A stretch of 64,000 bases of DNA, taken from NCBI GenBank assembly GCA_964555035.1, contig CAZKRK010000002.1, positions 1,968 to 65,967 on the forward strand, in the 5' to 3' direction. Under the pieces are notes generated by a model. It did not search any database. It saw only the letters and a program-made list of their open reading frames with translations, and was not told the origin of the DNA. Numbering within the stretch: the stretch's first letter is position 1; every line of letters starts with the position of its first letter. This document shows positions 1 to 8,861 of this stretch, piece after piece. Position numbers and translations under genes: made by a program. This DNA is from an uncultured Victivallales bacterium (GTDB lineage: Bacteria; Verrucomicrobiota; Kiritimatiellia; UBA8416; CAYOBW01).

Positions 1-2031
1 CTGTCCCCACTTTCCGACCTGTGGGCCGAGCAGCTTCGCGCGCATGCCGGCAATCTTCTGCCGGAACTCGGAATCACGGTCCAGGATTTCGGCCGCCCGG
101 ACGTAGTTGCCGAACAGGTCCCATACCAGTTGCTGCTCGTGGGCTACTCCGTCCTCGATCGGCCCGCGTTCGGGCGACCAACTGTCGGGTGAAACCAGCG
201 TGCCGTCCGGCTCCTCCTTGAGGGTGTCCACCCAGAACTCGCAGAGTTCTTTCAGGATCGGGTAGATTCGCTCAAGGTGCTTGCGGTCATGCGTGAACGC
301 GTAGTGGTCCCACATGTTCTGGGCGCACCAGGCGGCGGCGCCCTTCATCCACTTCCAGGTCGAGTTCCCATAAATGTCGGTGCCGGTCTTGAAGGCCCAG
401 CCGCGGACGCCCGGGTACTTGCGTCGGGTTTCCGCGCGCCGGATGGGCTGGACGGATTCCAGCCAGTCCGTGTACGGGGAGAAGCACTCCGACATATTGG
501 CGATATCGACGAACCAGTAGTTCATCTGGATGTTCACGTCGGGGTGGTAGTCCGAGGCCCAGGGCGGGTTGTTGCTGTCATTCCACAACCCCTGGAGGTT
601 GGCCGCGTTGCACCCCTCCCGCGACGAGCTGATCATGAGGTAGCGGGCGTACTGAAACACGAGCTCCTCGAGGTCCGGGTCTTGCGCGCCTTCCGCGTAT
701 TCCGCCAGGCGCTGGATAGTCGTTTTCGCGGCCCGGTCCGGCGCGGTCTGCCCCACGTCGAGAGAGACGCGCTTGAAAATGGCTTGGTAGTCGCGAACAT
801 GGCGCTCGCGTAATTCCTCGAGGGATCTCCCGGAGGCATTCTTCAAGGTGTCGACCAGTCGCTCGTGCGGATGCGCACCGCGCCAGCCCTTGTCCGGCTT
901 GGCGAGGAAATCCGTGCCCGCCGTGAGCAGGATCGTGAACGCGTCGACCCGGTCGAAAAACAGCTTGTTTCCTTCGGTACGGACCGTGCCGCCCTCATGC
1001 AGCACCTGCATACGAGCCTCGAAGTTGCGCACGAATTCGGGGACCGTACTCTCGGTGGCTCCCCGGAATGAGAGAGTGCTCCCGTCGGCGGTGGTCTCGT
1101 TGCCGTGCGCGCAGCGCAGGTCAATGCGACCGCTGTAGGCGCCCTTCGCGTCCGCCGTAAAACGGAACACCATGACGTTGTCCGGATTGCTGGAGAAACA
1201 CTCGCGGTGATAGGTCGTTCCGTCCCGTTTGTAGGTCAGACGGTGGACGGCATCCCCGATGTCCAGCTCGCGCCGGTAGTTCTCGAAAGGACTTCCCTTG
1301 AGGTCCAACTCAGGCAAGCTAATCTCGGACAGGTAGAGGTTGATGTCGTTGTGCGTCTTTTCAAAAACCAGCCGGTGAAGACGGTAGGCTTTCGCGTTTT
1401 CAAACGTGTAGTTCCGCGTCTCTCCTTCAGACTTCCATTCCGGCTCATCCCGCCGCTGGTCGAGCACGATCCAGGTTTTGCCGTCGGCGGAAGCTTCCAG
1501 TTTCCAGTTCTTGGGCGTGTATCCTTCCCAATCCGGCCGCTTCTTCCCCTCCCGCGCGGGTTGTTTCGCGGAGGTCAAGGAGTAGCGCGTCACCACTTTC
1601 GGTTCACCGAGCGGGGTGCGCAGCATCAGGACGTACGGGAACTTCTGGCTGGGATAGCCCCGCTTCGACGTGACCCACTGGGTCTTGGAATCACCGTCGA
1701 AGGCTTTGGCGAGGCTCTCCGTCTCGATGCTGTAGTGATGCGTTTCGGCATAGGTCCTCGGATGGAAGTAGACATAGACGTCACCGAAAGACTGGTACGG
1801 GCCGCGGACGTTCCCGCGCGGGACATGCCAGAGCGAATCCTCGTTGAATTGGATCCGTTCCCGGTCGACCCCCGAGAAAACCATCGCGCCCAACCGCCCG
1901 TTACCGATCGGCAATGCCTCCGTCTGCCAACTTTCGGCGGGCTGGTCGTAGTGAAGAGTCGGGTTGTCTTCCGCCCGGCAAAAAGGGCCGGTGCCAAGTA
2001 TCATGCAGACCACAACTGTTGTTGTTCTCAT
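1..2031 (-). CDS. GH95 alpha-L-fucosidase, partial. The N-terminal 677 aa are in the window; the C-terminus lies beyond position 1.
   Basis: Manual translation of the minus strand from ATG at 2029-2031 gives MRTTTVVVCMILGTGPFCRAEDNPTLHYDQPAESWQTEALPIGNGRLGAMVFSGVDRERIQFNEDSLW..., which matches the GH95 N-terminal (Glyco_hyd_65N_2) consensus EALPIGNGRLGAMV. An F5/8 type C (discoidin)-like insertion follows (FDGDSKTQWVTSKRGYPSQKFPYVLMLRT...KAYRLHRLVFEK). The gene is absent from the ORF track because it runs off the window edge. The N-terminus looks like a signal peptide. Confidence 0.85.
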   Translation of the reverse strand, partial: MRTTTVVVCMILGTGPFCRAEDNPTLHYDQPAESWQTEALPIGNGRLGAMVFSGVDRERIQFNEDSLWHVPRGNVRGPYQSFGDVYVYFHPRTYAETHHYSIETESLAKAFDGDSKTQWVTSKRGYPSQKFPYVLMLRTPLGEPKVVTRYSLTSAKQPAREGKKRPDWEGYTPKNWKLEASADGKTWIVLDQRRDEPEWKSEGETRNYTFENAKAYRLHRLVFEKTHNDINLYLSEISLPELDLKGSPFENYRRELDIGDAVHRLTYKRDGTTYHRECFSSNPDNVMVFRFTADAKGAYSGRIDLRCAHGNETTADGSTLSFRGATESTVPEFVRNFEARMQVLHEGGTVRTEGNKLFFDRVDAFTILLTAGTDFLAKPDKGWRGAHPHERLVDTLKNASGRSLEELRERHVRDYQAIFKRVSLDVGQTAPDRAAKTTIQRLAEYAEGAQDPDLEELVFQYARYLMISSSREGCNAANLQGLWNDSNNPPWASDYHPDVNIQMNYWFVDIANMSECFSPYTDWLESVQPIRRAETRRKYPGVRGWAFKTGTDIYGNSTWKWMKGAAAWCAQNMWDHYAFTHDRKHLERIYPILKELCEFWVDTLKEEPDGTLVSPDSWSPERGPIEDGVAHEQQLVWDLFGNYVRAAEILDRDSEFRQKIAGMRAKLLGPQVGKWGQ

Positions 2032-2052
2032 ATCTTCTTACGCTTCTTCCTC

Positions 2053-3453
2053 TCATGTGACGTTGAAAACGGCCAATCGGCGGATAATCGGTTCTGCTTG
2101 AGACTTGCCGATCTTCAGACGCACGGAGGCCACTTCGACGCCGTCGAACTTCTGGATCCGCTTGTGGCCGATGCACTCCCCGGAGCACAGTGGCTTCCAG
2201 GTTCCACCGGGAACCAAGCCTTCCAGCGTGTACTCGCGAACGCGCTCACCCTTGGCAATGTCCTCCATGGCCACCATGTGATTGATGCGTTGCGGTTGCG
2301 GCAGTTTGAGCTCGAGCGACTCGCCACTACCCGACGTTTCCGCGATCGGTGTGCCAAAGCAGCGTCGGACCTCCTTGCCGAACTCGACCAGCCGGCCGGC
2401 GTCGTGATCGGGCACCAGGCCTTCCGGGTTGACGACAATACCGAGCAGCAGGTTGCAGTTATGCCCGACCGAGTTGTAGTACATGCCCATCAGCCTCTGG
2501 AGAGAGCTCACGCTCTTGTCGCGGCCCGGCATCCAGAACCAGCTATGGTTGCGCAAAGGCGCGTCCGCCATGCCGGGCGACCAGACCTGGCCGTCGGCAG
2601 AGCCCCGCGCCAGGTACCGTTTCCATTCCCTGCAATTGTGACCGACCGCCCCATCCTTACCCTTAGGCATCGTCGCCCAGCAGGGATACGGCACACGACC
2701 GTGTTCGTTTCCCACCCAGCGGTGATCGGAGCGGCGTGAGCTGTGGTAGAAAACGGAGTTGGGCTGGTGCTTCGCGAAGATCGGGAGCGAGTCGGGCCCG
2801 TCTTCGTGCGGCAGCTTCGTGCCCGCATCGAACCAGATCTGTACGAGCTCGCCGTACCGCGAACAGAGCTCCTCCAACTGCCCCTCCGCGATGCGGTTGT
2901 ACGCCTTCTGCTTATCGCTCTTGCGCCCCTTGCCCCAGTCGACGTAGTGCCCCCACACGGTCTGGTGGACGTTGCGATGGGTACTGAAATAGATGCCGGG
3001 CTTGATGCCGGCCTTGCGACAGGACGCGACGAAGTCTCCGACCACGTCGCCCTTGCCGTCCCGCCAGGCCGCCTGCTTGACGCCATAGGGATACAGGTCG
3101 CTCTGCCACTGCATGAAGCCGTTGAAGTGCGTGGCCGTGAAGACGGCGTACTTCGCGCCGCACGCCTTGGCCGACTCGATCCACTGATCGGTATCGAGCT
3201 TCACGGGGTTGTACAGCTTCGTATCGTACACCTTGCGTGAGGTGTTGTTGTTGATGTGGGTGCCGGCGGCAGTGGGCATGTCGAAGTGATAGACCACCCC
3301 GATCTCGCAATCCTGCCAGGTGATCTGCGCGGGCGTTGGAAGCGGCAATGCCGTGGTCTCGGCCGGTTCCGCGCCCAGAGACAGCTGGGGATTCAGCGCC
3401 ACGCCCCCCAGACATGCACCGCTCACCTTGAGAAAATCTCGTCTTGTCGTCAT
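2053..3453 (-). CDS. GH29-family alpha-L-fucosidase with a twin-arginine (Tat) signal peptide
   Basis: The ORF at 2053..3537 has an internal start MTTRRDFLKVSGACLGGVALNPQLSLGA (Tat motif RRDFLK) at 3453. The catalytic region KYAVFTATHFNGFMQWQSDLYPYG resembles the GH29 (A/T)KHHDGF block. It lies 21 nt downstream of the GH95 start, which suggests an operon. Confidence 0.7.
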   Translation of the reverse strand: MTTRRDFLKVSGACLGGVALNPQLSLGAEPAETTALPLPTPAQITWQDCEIGVVYHFDMPTAAGTHINNNTSRKVYDTKLYNPVKLDTDQWIESAKACGAKYAVFTATHFNGFMQWQSDLYPYGVKQAAWRDGKGDVVGDFVASCRKAGIKPGIYFSTHRNVHQTVWGHYVDWGKGRKSDKQKAYNRIAEGQLEELCSRYGELVQIWFDAGTKLPHEDGPDSLPIFAKHQPNSVFYHSSRRSDHRWVGNEHGRVPYPCWATMPKGKDGAVGHNCREWKRYLARGSADGQVWSPGMADAPLRNHSWFWMPGRDKSVSSLQRLMGMYYNSVGHNCNLLLGIVVNPEGLVPDHDAGRLVEFGKEVRRCFGTPIAETSGSGESLELKLPQPQRINHMVAMEDIAKGERVREYTLEGLVPGGTWKPLCSGECIGHKRIQKFDGVEVASVRLKIGKSQAEPIIRRLAVFNVT

Positions 3454-3552
3454 TGGTAGTCCTCTTCTTTCTATGTTTGGCCACGCCTCACTCACGCAGC
3501 AAATGGTATCATCTATTTCACGTAATTGTGTCAGCAATAGGGGGGAAACCGT

Positions 3553-4227
3553 CTACCGTATAAGCAAGACGGTTCCCGGACGGGGCAACGGCTCGAGCTG
3601 AACCCCGGTGATGACCCCGTTGTCGTTGAAGCTGCCTGCTGCCCAGCCAAAGTTCACCTGGCCGTTGTCGACGTTGACAAGCGACGTGGCGTGCGTATGG
3701 CCGACAACATACTCGCCTGTCCACGCGCGGTTTCCCATCGTACCGCTGAGACCCGCGCCGAAAACTCCCGTCAAAGTGCCCGCGCTGTTGTTCCCGACAA
3801 ACCCGTACACGGTCAAACGGTATCTGCCGGGGAGGAGATGCCGGATCGTGATGTCCCCCGGAACGTCGGGCACGGACCATCCGTCGGTCAACAGGGCCGC
3901 GGCATCCCCCGCGAACCCCGGTTCGGTGTCGTGAACGCTGTGTATGATTTGCGCGAACAACTGCAGCGTGACAGGGCTGAGACGGCCGGCACGGTTGGTC
4001 AGGGCAAGCTCGGGGCCCGTGAAGATGTGCCCGGGAGGCAACGCGACACTCAACTCGATCGCGTGCCACGCTCCCGTCGTCCCGGCAGCGGCAAACGCAC
4101 CTCCCGGAGTGCCGGCACCCCCCCCCAGGTCGATATTGAATGCCTGGCCATGGCAGAATGGGGCGACCTGCGCCATGCAGACGAATAGAAACAGCGACAG
4201 TCTTCTCACAGGTTCACTCATCCTCAT
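3553..4227 (-). CDS. Small secreted hypothetical protein (224 aa) whose C-terminus ends ...EPLPRPGTVLLIR
   Basis: Signal peptide MRMSEPVRRLSLFLFVCMAQVAPFCHG; Gly-rich mature region. Its start overlaps the stop of the upstream gene by 4 nt (4224-4227). No family was recognised. Confidence 0.55.
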   Translation of the reverse strand: MRMSEPVRRLSLFLFVCMAQVAPFCHGQAFNIDLGGGAGTPGGAFAAAGTTGAWHAIELSVALPPGHIFTGPELALTNRAGRLSPVTLQLFAQIIHSVHDTEPGFAGDAAALLTDGWSVPDVPGDITIRHLLPGRYRLTVYGFVGNNSAGTLTGVFGAGLSGTMGNRAWTGEYVVGHTHATSLVNVDNGQVNFGWAAGSFNDNGVITGVQLEPLPRPGTVLLIR

Positions 4228-6377
4228 CTCTCCAATCCTTCTCCCAATGATTCTCCCGCGGAATGTCCCGCGGGACTCACCTGCTGCCCGGCAATGTGCT
4301 CCTGATCTGCCTTTGACAGTTTCCGAAGTGGAACCGCGTATTTCTTTCCGTTTTCGCCGAGAATCATGACCTTGTCTTCCGCGTGTCCGACGTAGCGGCC
4401 GCGGAGTGTTTTGCCGGTCGTACTGGTCCAGGTTCGGACCTCCGTCGCGCCGGGGGAAGAGTCGGTGTCGACGCTTGCGGCCTGCACGCCGCTCAGAGCG
4501 AGCATGGCGTAGGCCGTTGGGACAAGACCCGGCTTCATCGCATGATTGGTAACCAACTGGGTGTTGAGTCTCTTATTCAGACGATCGTATGGCACGTGCG
4601 CATTCGCGCGGGACGTGAAGTTTGTTGTCCGCGGTTTCTGCTTCCCGAACACGCCCAGTGGAAGCACAGCCAACCGTTCGCGAAAACTGGACGTAAGCGC
4701 CGGAAGGCGCCTGCCCGGCAGTACCCACGAACCGTCGATCTGTTGCGTCTCGAACAGGTGAGTGTCGAGCTCGCCGCGCAGCTCGGCGAGATGCCCGCTC
4801 GTGCGCGGCCCGGCAGCGGAGAGAGCGAACACCAGGTCGTACGCCGCATATCGGCCGCCTAGCTCTTCCGGCTTATCTGACAGCGCTTCCGCCATGTTCA
4901 CGTTGAGATACTCCTTGGCGGCGGCGAAGTTCCGGTCAATCGCCTTCAAACCGGACGGCCCCGCCAAATGACTGCAACTGACCAGACAGGACAGCCCCTG
5001 CGCCGTACTGCAGAGTGTGACGGGCGACTTCAACTCCTTGAAACTTGCCGCCTTGGCGGGGACCCCTTCAAAGCCGCCCAGGGCATTGAAATCGGAGATG
5101 GACTGGTGCGTGTTGAGTTCACTGAAACTCCCGTCGCGGTTCTGTTTTCCCGCAATGGCGCGAATCGAAATGGCTGCCAGATCCTGGATCCGTTCCCCCC
5201 GCGGTTTGGATGGCGTTCGCCGCAGTCTGGATATGCTTTGCTTTGGCGCAAGAGGGGAGAAAACGGTTTCAGGAAGAACCCCGTTTCTCTTAGCCACCCC
5301 AAGGGCGTACAGGGCCAACGCCGTGGACTCCATGTCCGTGGATGTCTGATTGTAGATGTACTGTGGCAGGATACCCACGAAAACAGCGTCTCCTCCCTCC
5401 TCAGCCTGGAGTCTCGGGTATCTTGTATAGTCCCAACCATGCCGTGTATAGGCCCGCCTGATATCCCTGCCGACCTGCCGCAGCGCCCTTTCCGCCGCGG
5501 CCAGTCTGCTCTCGCTGCTCTTGCTGTCGTCCCTGGCATGGCGGCTCTTACTCTCGATGAACGCGGCGCTCAGCTCAAGCTGCTTCTTCAACAATCCGGC
5601 CAGCACACGCGTGTCTACGCTTACCGGCCCCCACAGTCCCGCTCCCGGTCCGCCGCGAACCATACCGGCGGCAAGTTTCGCGGCCATTTCGGAAGCCTGT
5701 TGGCGGCGTGACTCGTCCGGAACACTGGCGAACGCCGCCACGGACCAGGCCAGGTCCCAGGTATGATCGGGATAGCCGTAGGTGCTGTAGATGCCGGACA
5801 GGCTGTCGAGCGGCTGGGTCACCAGCCAGTCGCCGGGGTCGACGCCGGCCCGAATCAACGCGTAGATCACCAGCGCATTGTGCCCGAGCTGGTCGGACTT
5901 CCATTGGTCAGGGCCGCCGGAACCGTAGATGGGCTTGTGGTGAACTTTCGCCACGTCACCATCAGGGTCCCGTCTCAACCTCTCAACCTGGACCTTCTTC
6001 GTGCCAATCTTCTTCTTTTCGTGTGTGCGCCTCGTCACCTTTTCGCGCACACCAACCGCATCCACGGAGTCGCCTACCTTCCGGTTCCTGTAGACGTCTT
6101 TCTCGCCTGTGTCGCGACGCTCATAGACCCCCCTTTCGAGTGTCACCGTCACCCAGGAGTAGTAGTTCGTATAGGCCTCACTTCCCACTTTCTTGCGATT
6201 CCGCTTCGGCGGATAGAACCACCCCTCGTCATCCTGTTCAGCCAGGCTCCCGAACCAGGAAACCGCGCGGTCCAACGCGGCCTGTCGCTCATCGACAGGC
6301 GGCGCATCGATCACGGACTCCTGGCCGAGGCCCAACACCGCCATAACCAACCACACAGTGATTGCTACATAGCGCAT
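4224..6377 (-). CDS. Secreted hypothetical protein (717 aa) with a C-terminal SHD1 (SLA1 homology domain 1)-like domain
   Basis: Signal peptide MRYVAITVWLVMAVLGLG. A basic low-complexity segment is followed by a helical repeat region (LGHNALVIYALIRAG). The C-terminus VRTWTSTTGKTLRGRYVGHAEDKVMILGENGKKYAVPLRKLSKADQEHI fits the bacterial SHD1 repeat consensus (TW.D..GK...A.F....DGKV.L...DGK...VPL..LS.ADQ) that is common in Planctomycetes and Verrucomicrobia. Confidence 0.6.
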   Translation of the reverse strand: MRYVAITVWLVMAVLGLGQESVIDAPPVDERQAALDRAVSWFGSLAEQDDEGWFYPPKRNRKKVGSEAYTNYYSWVTVTLERGVYERRDTGEKDVYRNRKVGDSVDAVGVREKVTRRTHEKKKIGTKKVQVERLRRDPDGDVAKVHHKPIYGSGGPDQWKSDQLGHNALVIYALIRAGVDPGDWLVTQPLDSLSGIYSTYGYPDHTWDLAWSVAAFASVPDESRRQQASEMAAKLAAGMVRGGPGAGLWGPVSVDTRVLAGLLKKQLELSAAFIESKSRHARDDSKSSESRLAAAERALRQVGRDIRRAYTRHGWDYTRYPRLQAEEGGDAVFVGILPQYIYNQTSTDMESTALALYALGVAKRNGVLPETVFSPLAPKQSISRLRRTPSKPRGERIQDLAAISIRAIAGKQNRDGSFSELNTHQSISDFNALGGFEGVPAKAASFKELKSPVTLCSTAQGLSCLVSCSHLAGPSGLKAIDRNFAAAKEYLNVNMAEALSDKPEELGGRYAAYDLVFALSAAGPRTSGHLAELRGELDTHLFETQQIDGSWVLPGRRLPALTSSFRERLAVLPLGVFGKQKPRTTNFTSRANAHVPYDRLNKRLNTQLVTNHAMKPGLVPTAYAMLALSGVQAASVDTDSSPGATEVRTWTSTTGKTLRGRYVGHAEDKVMILGENGKKYAVPLRKLSKADQEHIAGQQVSPAGHSAGESLGEGLER

Positions 6378-6401
6378 CGCGATTCTCCTTTCCTGATGAG
6401 C

Positions 6402-8435
6402 CTACTGGCCCGGCGTGACTTCCAGGAACTTGAACATGTTTGGCGAGTAACTGCAGCCAATGGAAGCGAGTAACCTGGGGGCCGGTTTTCCCGGAGGGGT
6501 CCCGGAGTAAACCGTCGCTCCGTCGATGGTGCATGTCAGGGAGCCGTCCGCGTTCTCCGGGTCAAAGTCCAGCCTCAGGGGGTGCCAGGCATCCGGCGCG
6601 AACTTCTCCTGCACGCCGGTCTTCAGCGTCTGCCCCCTGGCCGTCAGTTGCCAGCTTCCGTCTTTCTGAATGACCAGGCGGTAAGGTCCCACGGCCGTTT
6701 CCACGAACCCGTCCACGATCAGGACGGAGGTCTTGAGACCCATGGCAGGCGACGCGGCGCATCCCCCGAAGTAAGAGAGACAGCGCCCGAGCGTCCCTCT
6801 GTGCCACTCACAACCCTTTTCGGGAACGACCTGCTTCAGGACGTTTGCACCGTCGTGATCCGCGATCTCGAAGGTCCCTTCCTGATCGACCCAGTAACGG
6901 GGCGTGTCGTGCAGCTTGTAGCCCTTGAAATCGTCCCGCCGGTGACCGCCCGGCACGGCGGCCGGGATTGGGTTCCCGGGCTTGCCCTTGGCCTGACCGG
7001 TTGTGGTCGTCAAGGTGTAGACGGATTTGCCGTCCAGCGCCATGGCCAGGCGCCCCCCTTCGGGCTCTACCGTCCGGAGCTTCCGGAATTGCTCTTGGCT
7101 GTCGGACTTCCACACGTGCACGAGCTTTCCCGCCATGGCGGGATCGATGTGCAGCTCGATCGTGACCGCTTTATCCGTGGACGCGATCAGGCTCCAGTCC
7201 TTCCCGTTGGGCGCTTTGAGGGCCGCATAGACCCCCAGGTGGGATTCGGGGTCAAAGCGCCCCTGTGCGGTATCCATGAACCGCCAGCCGGGCTCGGCGA
7301 ACTGGGTGACGTGGGCTACACACCACAGCGCCGGCCAGATGTCGTAGTGCCCGTTCCACGGATTCCTGGCATCGATGAAACCCACGTTGCTCCAACGGAA
7401 CCCGGGGGGAAGGGAAGTGAAGGGCGCCCACGCAATGGACTTCGTGATGCGCAGCTCGTTGTACTCGCGGATGATTTTCCGGACCCAATTGCGTCCCGAG
7501 TGGAAGCCGCCGCCGCTCACGCTGTAGTCCTCGCCGGCCCAGATACGTTTGCCCGTCGCCAGGAATCCCTCCGGCAGGGGGCGGTCATCCCTGAACTTGG
7601 TCATGTAGCCGACCGGGTAATGATAGCCAACCACGTCCAGTGCCTTGGCAAACTCCGGGTCCTCCAGGACATCCTTCATGACGCTCCAATTGTACTTCTC
7701 GGGGATGTGTCCGTTGTACAGGTCCGAGGCCTGGATCTGCACGTCGCCGTATCCGTTCTTGTCGAGCGACGGCCGCAGGTGCTTCGTCACAAACCGGCGG
7801 ACCTCGGCCGAGGCCGGATGCCGCAGGTTCTTGTCCCGTTTGCCGTGCTCCCTTCGCTCGATCATCATCGAAAGCTCGTTCTGGCAGCCGCCCACGTATT
7901 GGAAATCCAGCCCGTGGTGTTTCTTGGCGCAATCCAGGAACGCCACGACCCAATCCGCCGCTTCCTGCGTTGTGTAGTCCTTCGTCCAGTAGGGCGTTCC
8001 CCACGGTAGGGCATCGAGGACGATGTCCGGGTTCCGCTTTCGCGCCTCCGCCGCGAGCCAGAACTCGTAGCCGCGCGGCACGGGGTCGGCCAGCTCCTCC
8101 GGCGTGATCGCATGCGAGGGCTCCGCGCCGCAAGTCGAGTTCATGCCCGAGCCGATCTCGACCTTCAGATGCTGGAACCCCGCGCCGAACTTCGGCTTGA
8201 ACAGGAAGTCGAGGACGTCATTCCTCTGGGGCTCCGGGTAATACCGCAGGAGGGCGGAGGTCGCCCCGGCGCTCAGCGCGCCGAGCCCCTCGAACTCGCG
8301 ACCGAGGGAGGCGGTATCGAGTCTTATGACAACAGGTTTCGGCCTCACGGCTGCCGACTCCGCCTGAGTCAGGCAGGCAGAGCTCAGCGTCAGCATCACG
8401 AAAAGCAGGGCTGTCAGCGCCTTCATTGCGGTCAT
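6402..8435 (-). CDS. GH59-family glycoside hydrolase (galactosylceramidase / beta-galactosidase-like)
   Basis: Signal peptide MTAMKALTALLFVMLTLSSACLTQA. LRYYPEPQRNDVLDFLFKPKFGAGFQHLKVEIGSGMNSTCGAEPSH matches the GALC/GH59 block [43 protein letters not shown]. The remainder is collinear with GH59 (NPDIVL..LPWG...). Confidence 0.9.
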   Translation of the reverse strand: MTAMKALTALLFVMLTLSSACLTQAESAAVRPKPVVIRLDTASLGREFEGLGALSAGATSALLRYYPEPQRNDVLDFLFKPKFGAGFQHLKVEIGSGMNSTCGAEPSHAITPEELADPVPRGYEFWLAAEARKRNPDIVLDALPWGTPYWTKDYTTQEAADWVVAFLDCAKKHHGLDFQYVGGCQNELSMMIERREHGKRDKNLRHPASAEVRRFVTKHLRPSLDKNGYGDVQIQASDLYNGHIPEKYNWSVMKDVLEDPEFAKALDVVGYHYPVGYMTKFRDDRPLPEGFLATGKRIWAGEDYSVSGGGFHSGRNWVRKIIREYNELRITKSIAWAPFTSLPPGFRWSNVGFIDARNPWNGHYDIWPALWCVAHVTQFAEPGWRFMDTAQGRFDPESHLGVYAALKAPNGKDWSLIASTDKAVTIELHIDPAMAGKLVHVWKSDSQEQFRKLRTVEPEGGRLAMALDGKSVYTLTTTTGQAKGKPGNPIPAAVPGGHRRDDFKGYKLHDTPRYWVDQEGTFEIADHDGANVLKQVVPEKGCEWHRGTLGRCLSYFGGCAASPAMGLKTSVLIVDGFVETAVGPYRLVIQKDGSWQLTARGQTLKTGVQEKFAPDAWHPLRLDFDPENADGSLTCTIDGATVYSGTPPGKPAPRLLASIGCSYSPNMFKFLEVTPGQ

Positions 8436-8531
8436 GGTTGTCCTCTCCGCGTCTGATGGGTTTTCATCGCCAAGACCCCAATGGGTCCATCGTACCAGGT
8501 ATTCAGTTTCTGTTCTTATCGTAATTGCACC

Positions 8532-8720
8532 TCAGCACGTACGACAGGCCGTCCTGCTCGCGTAGCGCGCCACAAAGAGATGCACCTTGCCATGGTCATA
8601 CTCAGCCCATATCGCATCGTTTATTCCTTCTTCTCCCGGTGTGATCGGTTTCTCGCTGCTCCCCGGAGTGATTCCAACCGCGCCAACCCCGTCTCTTCTC
8701 GTTGCTGCCGACGGTCTCAA
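8532..8720 (-). pseudogene. Remnant (62-aa ORF) of a third paralog of the Asp-box beta-propeller family found immediately upstream
   Basis: The ORF ends ...NDAIWAEYDHGKVHLFVARYASRTACRTC. The paralogs at 8862-9938 and 10077-11210 carry HIWGTSPIMDDAGKVHLFVARFP and HCWGTSPVMDDEGKVHLFVARYPSRT. The remnant has no signal peptide and sits in a lower-GC gap of about 430 nt between the GH59 start and the next gene. Confidence 0.35.
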
Positions 8721-8861
8721 CCCCTGGCAGTGTCATCACGTTCTTTCCCTCACCGATCCGGATCGTGTAACCGACCACATCGGCAACAGTCGCCGTGAAT
8801 CAAAAAGACGCTCAAGAGGAATCCAAAACACAGCGTGGACATTACTTTTGTGGTCATGTGC

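Noticed and set aside
1105-2739. 544-aa plus-strand ORF overlapping the GH95 gene
   Set aside because: It is antisense to a confidently identified GH95 coding region. Its composition (R/A/V/G/P-rich) is typical of shadow ORFs in 63% GC DNA. It has no recognisable domain and no signal peptide.
3454-3552. Possible sigma-70-like promoter (ttgctg-N17-tagatg) and a purine-rich RBS in the 100-nt AT-richer spacer upstream of the GH29 gene
   Set aside because: The match to the consensus is weak, promoter architecture in PVC bacteria is poorly defined, and a 4-nt overlap upstream suggests the transcript may read through from the preceding genes. There is not enough support to list it as a feature.
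6582-8009. 475-aa plus-strand ORF
   Set aside because: It lies entirely antisense to the GH59 gene (6402-8435), which has strong family-level matches. The ORF has a low-complexity R/G/P/A/V-rich translation.
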